Assembly: GCA_034780895.1 (NCBI GenBank)
Contig: JAUZTB010000071.1
Span: 3,114,174 to 3,178,173, forward strand
Origin: Rhynchobatus australiae
Taxonomy: Eukaryota
Direction of reading: 5' to 3'
DNA: 64,000 bases
The notes beneath the pieces were generated by a model. The model did no database searches, had not been told where the DNA came from, and was given only the letters and a program-made list of their open reading frames with translations. Numbering within the stretch: position 1 is the first letter of the stretch; each line of letters opens with the position of its first letter. Below are positions 54,550 to 64,000 of this stretch, in pieces. Made by a program: the position numbers and the translations under genes.

Positions 54550-56129
54550 AGCTGCAGCTTAATTTGTTGAGCAGGGGTTGATGGGGGTGGGGGTGGGGGA
54601 ATGTGGTGAGGGGGGGGAGGTGGCAATGAAAAAAGAAGGTCCTTATCAAACTGACATTTCTCTTAGACTCATCAGACGTCGACTGTGGACAACTTCCTTT
54701 CAACTGGCCAATCAGAATCCACGGAGGCAGTGCTGGCCCCTCCCATATGACGGAGGTTTGGAAATGAGCAGAAAATTGATGCATTTGTGGGGTTCAGCAA
54801 CACCTAGTTACCGTGACAAATACAAGCTTGTTAATACTGCTTTCACTAACCAGCTTGCAGGAGAGCAACCTTGGCCTTTCCGCTTACCCGTTCACGTGGT
54901 TAACGTTTCTTGCGACAAAGTAAAACACAACAAGTTTCTAATTTACAGTCTCCTTTTCAGACATTGTGGCGACAGCAGCGACGTTGGAGCAGCTCTGTGC
55001 AAACGTTCTGCCCAGTGAAAATATGACAGGAGCAACGATTCAGAGGAAACGGAACATAATCCGAAAACTGAAAGGAACATTTATTCACTCATGCGAATAA
55101 TATTTGATTTAAATGAGATTGCCCACACCTCGAGCAGCATGCCTGATGTACAAACCGCGATAATGCATGGCACAGATAGACGTATATCATTTATTGGAAA
55201 GACTGCACGTTAATTAGTGGTTTCAATAATGTCAGGCAATTAAGTGACATTAACAATCTTACATCGAATGAGCATAAAATTAGGAGTTAATTGAACTGAA
55301 GCTAAATGTATAATTTACTTTCCCGACTAAGTATGGCTTTGAAAGCAAAGTTGTATTTGGTAATGGTGGTATATTACGTGTACATATGGTATCCAGTGCG
55401 AGAATCGTTCCTAAATCCAATAATTTTGGGGGATATTATTTCTATAAATACTGGAGGTAACAATGCAGTGGAAATGGTTTGCAACAGATCATGTGTTTCT
55501 CTGCTGGAGCCATTCACTTGTCCTGCGCAGAGTTAAAGGACGACGGGGTTTGAGCTGACCGAGTTTTTCCCTTCACGCGGCCCAGTCCGTACAACCAGCT
55601 ACTAAACACGAGAATATTACGTTATGTTTTTCTTTTGGGGCCCGTTTGGTGTGTGTAATTTTCAATAGCAACAATAATGGTGATAGACATCACTTTACAG
55701 CTTCGATTTAATATTCCGGCCCCTTCCCTTTATCCGTTTAAATTATCGAACCCTGTAAAACCACTTATTTGCTATTTCAGCAATAAAGACAAGTAATTCA
55801 TTAACGTTTCACGTGCTTAGAACCTGCTATATTTAATTTCATACTTTATTACGGCTCGACTGGTTCGGGAGCCGCATAGCCGCATGAATCAAGACGACAA
55901 TAAATAAATTAATTGATAATTTGGTAGTTCCTTGATCATTCTGAACCTGCAAAAGCTCATTACCTGCTGATATAGTCAGTGGGCAAGTTCAGAACCTGTT
56001 AGGTATGAACTGGTAGGACTGTGGTGACATAGGTATAACTGGGCTTATTTTGAGATGGGCTGGCAGTGATGTTTCTTTCATTGGCCTTAAATGTTTCTTT
56101 CATTGGGCTTAATGGATGTTTATTCATAC

Positions 56130-56315
56130 CTTTTGGTTGTGGCAGTACTCATAACCCTCTTGTTTACACTCATGGGATCTGATCAAGAGCTGCAAATTGT
56201 GCTTTCGTAGAATCTTCTCTGTCACGTCAGGTCCAAAGTAGCACCCACCTCCTCTGACAGAGTTTGCAATGCAGCCTTCCTGATGCATCGGATCGCTCCA
56301 TAAAATGTCCACAAT
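56130..56315 (-). pseudogene. Orphan single exon of a PPEF (rdgC-like, PPEF2-like) Ser/Thr protein phosphatase, catalytic-domain fragment
   Basis: 186 nt = 62 uninterrupted codons, [62 protein letters not shown], with PPP-family DILWSDP, RGGG..FG and LIRSHE motifs. Polypyrimidine acceptor ttctttctcctctcgAG| and donor AAG|GTATGA. No neighbouring exons seen in readable sequence. Confidence 0.88.
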
Positions 56316-56446
56316 CTCGAGAGGAGAAAGAATGTTTTCAATCGCTAAATGAGCCATTAAACCTGTTAAATTATTGATGACGCTTTTTATCGATGACATT
56401 ATTTATGTTTAAACAATATTTATGTTAAATTATTGATGACACTTTC

Positions 56447-57953
56447 TGCAGATGGCCCCGATGGTGTCCCTGGCCGTGTCCTTAGATCCTGCACAGATCC
56501 GCTGGCGGGGGTATTAGCAGACATTTTTAACCTCTCCTTGCTTCAATCTCAGGTTCCCACCTGCTTGAAGAAGACCACTATCATCTTGGTACCTAAGAAA
56601 AACAAGGTAATGTGCCTTAATGACTGCCGCCCGGTGGCTCTGACATCGACCACCATGAAGTTCTTCGAGAGGCTGTTCATGGCACGCATCAACTGAAGCC
56701 TCCCAGACAACCTCAACCTGCTACAATTTGCCTACCATCAAAACAGGTCTATGGCAGGCGCCATCTCTCTGGCCCTGTGCTCATCTCTGGAGCATCTGGA
56801 CAGTAAAGGTGCCTACGTTAGACTATTGTTTATTGACTACAGCTCCGCCTTCAATACTATAATTCCAAGTAAACTCATCACTAAACCCTGAGTCCTGGGA
56901 CTCAACTCCGCCCTTTGCAACTGGATCTTTGACTTCCTGAGCAACAGACTGCAATCGGTGAGGTTAGGCAGCGACACCTCCGCCATGACTACTTTCAATT
57001 CTGGTGCCCCACAAGGCTATATCCTCAGCACCCTACTCTACTCCCTATACACTCATGACTGTGTGGCCATATGCTGCTCTAACTCCATCTACAAGTTTGC
57101 AGGTGATAGCACCATTATGGGCTGTATCTCAAATAACAATGAGTCAGAGTGCAGGAAGGAGATAGAGGGTTTAGTAACATGGTGTCATGACAAAAACCTT
57201 TCCCTCAATGTCAGCAAAACAAAAGAGTTGGTCATTGTCTTCAGGAAGAGGGGCGGTGCACATGCTCCTGTCTACGTCAATGGTGCTGAGGTTGAGAGGG
57301 TTGAGAGCTTCAAGTTACTATGAGTGAACATCACCAGTAGCCTGTCCTGGTCCAACCATGTAGATGCCACGGCCAAGAAAGCTCACCTGCGCCTCAGGAG
57401 GCTAAAGAAACTTGGCATGTCCCCGTGAACTTTCACCCATTTTTATCAATGCACCATAGAAAGCATCCTATCCGGATGCGTCACTGCTTGGTATGGCAAC
57501 TGCTCTGCCCGGGACTGCAAAAAACTGCAGAGAGTTGTGGACACAGCTCAGCGATTCACAGAAACCAGCCTCCCCTCCACGGACTCTGTATATACTTCTT
57601 GCTGCCTCAGTAAAGCAGCCAGGATAATCAAAGATCCCACCCACCCTGGACATTCTCTCTTCTCCCCACTCCCATCGGGCGGAAGAGAAAAGCCTGAAAC
57701 CACGTACCACCAGGCTCAAGGACAGCTTCTATCCCACTGTGATAAGACTATTGAACAGTTCCTTAGTACAATAAGAAGAGACTCTTGATCTCACAATCTA
57801 CCTCATTATGACCTTGCACCCTATTGTCTACCTGCACTGCTCTTTCTCTGCAGCTGTGATGCTTTACTCTGCATTTTGTATTGTTTTACCTTGTACTACC
57901 TCAATGCATTGTGTAATGAATTGATCTGTATGAACGGTATGCAAGACAAGTTT
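56447..57953 (+). mobile_element. 5'-truncated, decayed non-LTR retrotransposon (Rex1/Babar-like LINE): RT domain plus 3' UTR
   Basis: GPDGVPGRVLRSC..LAGVLADIFNLSL..PTCLKKTTIILVPKK..CLNDCRPVALT; [12 protein letters not shown]; GAPQG..LSTLLYSLYTHDC; the catalytic FADD motif has decayed to FAGD; LNVSKTKEL. Contains in-frame stops and frameshifts; the tail runs into masked sequence. Confidence 0.92.
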
Positions 57954-60023
57954 NNNNNNNNNNNNNNNNNNNNNNNNNNNNNNNNNNNNNNNNNNNNNNN
58001 NNNNNNNNNNNNNNNNNNNNNNNNNNNNNNNNNNNNNNNNNNNNNNNNNNNNNTTTCCAGTGAAAACGCGTCTTTGCAATTAAGTTTTCACTGAACTTGA
58101 TTTCTTTTTGTAAAAGAAAACTGAAGCCCACATAATTTGTTGGGTATTTTAAACCTGTCAAATTCACTCACAGAAGCCAACTCAATAAAACAAAAATCTA
58201 CATTAGTTTTAAAAAAGTTTGAGTTTTGCAAATTTCTCCCCCTATGCGGCCCCATGATCCCACTGCAAATATTTACGAAGACAAAGGTCTAAATCCCGAC
58301 GATGACAGAGAGGACAACTGACTAACTAACTGCAGATCTGGTAAAGTTGTCGTTTTCAATTTCAATTAAATCTGCTTTGGCGACTGAAGTTAAAACGGCC
58401 TAGTCCACACATTTTTAATCTCACGGCGCAGCAGTGTGATTTGGAGAACAGAACAATCTCCTGCGTTCTACTGCTGTGAAGTTAGAGAGAAGTTTGCCGC
58501 CTCATACAGCCCAACAAATAGATCATCTGAAATGAAATATAAATGGAGAACTGGACAGTTACAATTCATAATCGGGTAATATTTCAGAAATCCAATAGGA
58601 GATTGTAGTATGTTTTTGCCACGTGGACGAGATGCGTGTGGGGGCAATTTTTTCCCCTAATAACTCTGCAAAAAAGAAGTCTGAGAGGCCGCTTCCATGA
58701 GAGTAAACAGAAAGACAATCCCCTGTCCTACTCGTAACGAGACCCTGGAGGACAGTATGTTGGGGCTCTGTCTAGGACAATCTAAAAACCTAAAGAAAAG
58801 GGGGAGAGGCATGTTAAGAGTCAACATTTGGCATAGATTATGACACACACTCTCATGGCTACATCTGAGATGACTGGTTTCAGGAACGTACGGTAGCAAT
58901 CAGAATGGATTAACATTTTGTTCAAATTATACCCCTTGAGCTGAGGTCGTGCTGCAACCTGGTATTGTGATCCCTTCGTGACAATGGAAGTAGACTGTGG
59001 TGCTGGCTGACTACTCTGCTGGCTCTCAGGGAGCCCTACCACAGGAGGCCATGTGTCTACAGGAAAGGAGAGGACATCAGGGGAAGGGAAGACCTCGAGA
59101 GTCTTCCACCGGTCAAATATGCACTTTACAATGGAAGCAGGGACGAGAAGGTGGGGGGGGTGGGGTCGGGGGGGTCGGAGAGCTAGAGAGAGAGAGCNNN
59201 NNNNNNNNNNNNNNNNNNNNNNNNNNNNNNNNNNNNNNNNNNNNNNNNNNNNNNNNNNNNNNNNNNNNNNNNNNNNNNNNNNNNNNNNNNNNNNNNNCGT
59301 CGCCCCCGCCAGCCCCCTCCCCCTCCCCGCCCCACACGCAGGCGTTTATGCACACACATATCTGCGAATAACTGAGTAGATAGCAACCGATACTGCATGT
59401 AGCTACAGGCTGAACACTCAGTTACTTTGTGTTGCTTATCCAAACAGACGCGCAAAAAGTCTGCATTGTCGGTTCGATGGTACAGAGCCTTCGTAGTCCA
59501 TATTGTATGCAGATTGGACATGAACACACACGCAATGATAACTGAGTTTGATGGAGGTGGGTTATAACCACTCTAAGGATGTACTGTTGCAAAACTGTGA
59601 ACTTTTTTTTACAACTGGAAATAGAGATGGATACTGACGCACAAAACATCATGAGATCAGGGATAGTTCGAGTCATTCTGTAAGAAGTGCCTCACCCAAA
59701 AAGAGGATTAATCAATAAGGAATGAAATCACAAATACTTCTAATGTTTCTATCGAAAGCTGAAATTCAGAGCAATTCATTGGTGTCTTTAATTTTAAAGT
59801 GCTATTTAGACGCGATCTGCAATGTGTTCATTGCAAAACGGCCTTGGTAAACTGTCTACCGTCCAAAGGAGATGGGCGTGCTATTGAAAGGCTATAACTT
59901 ACAGGTTAATGCAATAAACAAGAACCCTTTCATAAAATAACTATTCTTTGCATAAGAAATACGCATCACGAATTTTAAGTTATTAAAGTTTTAAAAATCA
60001 CATGTTACCTCTTATAGGATTTT

Positions 60024-60184
60024 GTGCTCTGTGTGTATTTCTTTGTGTGTTTGTGTCCTCTGTGTGTGTGTGAGTGCGTGTGTGTGTGTGCTTTATATGT
60101 GTGTCTATGTGTGTGTGCGTGTGTGTTTTATTGTGTCTATGTGCGTGTGCGTGTTTTATGTGTGCGTGTGTGTGTGTCTGTGTG

Positions 60185-60225
<41 letters not shown>

Positions 60226-60261
60226 ATGTGTGTGCGTGCGTGTGTGCGCGCGCGCGCGCGC
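60024..60261. repeat. Compound (TG)n/(CG)n microsatellite
   Basis: Imperfect TG tract ending in cgcgcgcgcgcgcgc. Confidence 0.9.
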
Positions 60262-63200
60262 AGTATTATGCTTCATGTAGATTTTTCCCTAATCCAAACG
60301 TTGGCATTAGAAATACTGCCGTTCCCTTCCTGCAAGAATCCACAGGATTTACGATAAGAATTACCAGGCCGATCAAAATGAGGCAGTAATATGCCCGATT
60401 TGGTCTCCGGTGCTGGTGGCCAGATGGTGAAAACGAGGCATATATAATTTTAAGTTATTTAAATGAGATGCGCACAATGAAGGTGACAGCAGTAACAGAA
60501 GGAACCCTAGGCGGGGCATTGTTCACCAAAGATTTGCAATCATAACCTCGTGCTTAAGCGAAGAAATTGGTCTGGTATGGTCACATTTTCAGGGTTGTTA
60601 ACACAGTTTATTAATGTTTCGTTCAGTAGCACCGGAGAGGAGGAGGAGGGGGTGAGTAACATTTTGTGTCCAGGACACTTACCGTAAAATGGCGTCAGGT
60701 ATCTTATACCTTGGAGAAATTCTGGCAGAAATTAATTTCTAGAGACGAGCAATAATTTCGAATTCCACTCCACATCGTCAACAACAAAGAAAAGAACAAA
60801 TTCTAATTTAGCCTAAATTTTACTTGAAAACTGTCATCGGATGCAGATTTCCAGAACTTGCCACTCAGTGCACGCTGGTTATTGTGGCTTTATGTCTGTA
60901 CTATCTTTTTACTCTTCGTGTCTCTGCGCCTTTATTCTTTCGTAGAAATACACCCAGGAACGGAACTTTAACAAAAACAGCGCGGCCACAAAAACTCGGT
61001 TTATACATTTGCTCGGCGGTGTATGTTCTTGGATATAAAGTGAGAACCGCAGTTTTCATTTGTAAGGCATTTTCAAAGTGGAATTAAACTTTCAGCCCTT
61101 GAAAAGAACAGGACATCTATTGAGCTCCGCTGAGATTAATGATAATTTTAAAACACACTTTGAGGCATTTTCGATTCCACTGATCCCCCGTTTCCCTTTG
61201 TGATATTCCTGTGATTAACAAGGAATTTCGTCTGTTTTATGTTCACAAAACTGACCGTCGGAATAGAAAATCTCAGCACTGTCGCCACAGCTCGNNNNNN
61301 NNNNNNNNNNNNNNNNNNNNNNNNNNNNNNNNNNNNNNNNNNNNNNNNNNNNNNNNNNNNNNNNNNNNNNNNNNNNNNNNNNNNNNNNNNNNNNNNNNNN
61401 NNNNNNNNNNNNNNNNNNNNNNNNNNNNNNNNNNNNNNNNNNNNNNNNNNNNNNNNNNNNNNNNNNNNNNNNNNNNNNNNNNNNNNNNNNNNNNNNNNNN
61501 NNNNNNNNNNNNNNNNNNNNNNNNNNNNNNNNNNNNNNNNNNNNNNNNNNNNNNNNNNNNNNNNNNNNNNNNNNNNNNNNNNNNNNNNNNNNNNNNNNNN
61601 NNNNNNNNNNNNNNNNNNNNNNNNNNNNNNNNNNNNNNNNNNNNNNNNNNNNNNNNNNNNNNNNNNNNNNNNNNNNNNNNNNNNNNNNNNNNNNNNNNNN
61701 NNNNNNNNNNNNNNNNNNNNNNNNNNNNNNNNNNNNNNNNNNNNNNNNNNNNNNNNNNNNNNNNNNNNNNNNNNNNNNNNNNNNNNNNNNNNNNNNNNNN
61801 NNNNNNNNNNNNNNNNNNNNNNNNNNNNNNNNNNNNNNNNNNNNNNNNNNNNNNNNNNNNNNNNNNNNNNNNNNNNNNNNNNNNNNNNNNNNNNNNNNNN
61901 NNNNNNNNNNNNNNNNNNNNNNNNNNNNNNNNNNNNNNNNNNNNNNNNNNNNNNNNNNNNNNNNNNNNNNNNNNNNNNNNNNNNNNNNNNNNNNNNNNNN
62001 NNNNNNNNNNNNNNNNNNNNNNNNNNNNNNNNNNNNNNNNNNNNNNNNNNNNNNNNNNNNNNNNNNNNNNNNNNNNNNNNNNNNNNNNNNNNNNNNNNNN
62101 NNNNNNNNNNNNNNNNNNNNNNNNNNNNNNNNNNNNNNNNNNNNNNNNNNNNNNNNNNNNNNNNNNNNNNNNNNNNNNNNNNNNNNNNNNNNNNNNNNNN
62201 NNNNNNNNNNNNNNNNNNNNNNNNNNNNNNNNNNNNNNNNNNNNNNNNNNNNNNNNNNNNNNNNNNNNNNNNNNNNNNNNNNNNNAAGATGGCGTGACCG
62301 TCTCTCCTCTCTCGGTCATTGCTTGCAGGGCTATTTATTTTTCTCAGGCCAATGGTTTACTTTCAGAATAAAACAAGCTAATAAAATGCAAGCTTTACAT
62401 CAACGCGCTATCGTTTCCTGGTCATTCCCCCTTTTTCCCCAAATCTTTCCAAGTCTCTGGCTCGTCAACAGCGCATTCGAAATACACGTCAAATCAACCC
62501 GTGTCTACGTTAATTCCCTCAAGGTGAAGGCGAGGTCATCTTTCTCTCTCTGTTGGAAACTCCTCCAGAATTAGAGCAAAGCTGCGTTTCACAACCTTCT
62601 ACATTCATTTATAGAAACCTAAAATTCATAGCATAAACCGAGATTGTAAGTCTAACAAGAGGCCATGGTGACCACGGCAAACGTTAACCCTCTCACCAAA
62701 TGTCTCTGGATTCTAAACGTCCTTTCCTTCAAATAATGAAATTTCCAATAAATTATTATTATTTACAGAAATAACTTACGTTACAAAAGCATTTCTGATT
62801 AAACAGACAGAACTGAATAATTTAAATAGAATGTGATTTGCCAGTTACTATGGCATTCCTCTAAAGTAAAACATTTACAGTAAACTACACTTTGTAAACT
62901 TACTATTAGCGCACGCCACAGACTTCAGAACGTCCATAATGTCAACATTTCTGACAATATTGGTTCAAATAAATCCATTTCCGAGTGTGAGGTTGTGGAC
63001 TGTACAGTGTTGCCTTTGTGTATTTATCCCTCTCTCAATTTGTGCCGAGACTATTGCACGAATTAACCTTGCTGTGAGTTTGCGTGTTTAGCTCGGAAGG
63101 ATAACACCTTGTTTGTTCTAGCTCAATTAACTATGTTGACGCCTTACTGCTCTTGAGTTTCAATCATTCCCTTTTATTGCTATCACTAGGGCAAGGAATG

Positions 63201-63322
63201 CTTAGAAATGTTCTGGAAACATTACAACGCCAAATAAGCGAAATTCATCTGCCTTTCTTACTGTTTGTCCGGCTGGCTTTATTCGTCCATTTATTCATGT
63301 CTATCCAGCTATTCATCCATCC

Positions 63323-63389
<67 letters not shown>

Positions 63390-63448
63390 NNNNNNNNNNN
63401 NNNNNNNNNNNNNNNNNNNNNNNNNNNNNNNNNNNNNNNNNNNNNNNN

Positions 63449-63520
<72 letters not shown>
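63323..63520. repeat. (TATC)n / GATA tetranucleotide microsatellite, partly masked
   Basis: Direct inspection. Confidence 0.92.
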
Positions 63521-63524
<4 letters not shown>

Positions 63525-64000
63525 TCCTTTCAACTTGACCGTTTCTCAGTGTCAGGTGCAGTATACGGACCATCAATACATCACAAGAAGACATTTTTAA
63601 ATCTATGTACAGATAAAGCACAGGAATTACAGCTGTTTGGCGTATTTTCCCTCTGACTGAGAATTTTAAAGGGTTTGTCTGCCTTCCGGATTTCTACCGA
63701 TCTGACTTTGACATTGACACGTGTCATCAACAAAATCCTATTTTAATCCATTTTTTCGTGGTAAAAGTAAGAGTCGTCTTTCCTTCTCATTTCTAAACAT
63801 TCAACTTCCCGAACCCTGCAATTAGATTTATCAACAAATAACATTGCCAATTCCTAAAGATACAGACTCTTGTACATAAATAGGAGGAAGAATTATTTAT
63901 TCGGGACAACTATACATCAGATGTTAATCATTGGCTTTTCACGATTTAATTTAGTGATATTTGAGATCATAATAAAATCAGCAAGCCAACGATTTAAAAT

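Noticed and set aside
58090-58240. VNLT-containing stretch as a possible decayed homeobox
   Set aside because: No KIWFQN or ELEKEF equivalent; AT-rich chance match.
58640-59150. Exon-like, more GC-balanced minus-strand stretch (YLTG, PDV, LIHSDC) that might be a HoxB11/B12 exon-1 relic
   Set aside because: Only 3-4-residue resemblances spread over different frames, and no convincing degenerate homeobox downstream. It would need a TBLASTN/HMM hit to PG11/12 to be supported.
59998-60389. HT/CV-rich ORFs (and the YLSI ORFs at 63.2-63.6 kb)
   Set aside because: Translations of microsatellites.
61211-62371. Long ORFs spanning N runs (also near 2.2, 20.2, 25.4, 32.6, 35.2, 37.1 and 53 kb)
   Set aside because: Artefacts of masked bases translated as X.

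Overview
Vertebrate HoxB cluster segment on the minus strand. It is most likely from a cartilaginous fish (shark or ray), inferred from an intact HoxB10 plus elasmobranch-type CR1/HER1 and Deu-SINE relics. Left to right it holds miR-10, a DR5 retinoic-acid element, HoxB5, HoxB6, HoxB7, HoxB8, HoxB9, miR-196 and HoxB10; HoxB4 and HoxB13 would lie outside the window. All six Hox genes have two coding exons joined by phase-1 GT-AG introns, which I resolved by hand, including HoxB9 exon 2, which the ORF track misses. N runs look like masked repeats or gaps and cannot be read. The most unusual item is an orphan, splice-intact 186-nt exon of a PPEF/rdgC-type Ser/Thr phosphatase about 1.6 kb upstream of HoxB10. 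It abuts the 5' end of a truncated Rex1/Babar-like LINE and has short duplications on both flanks. Also notable are a full-length miR-196 site in the HoxB8 3' UTR with three G:U wobbles and an antisense ORF between HoxB5 and HoxB6 that starts with a Hox-like MSSYF..NAL.S.Y N-terminus.
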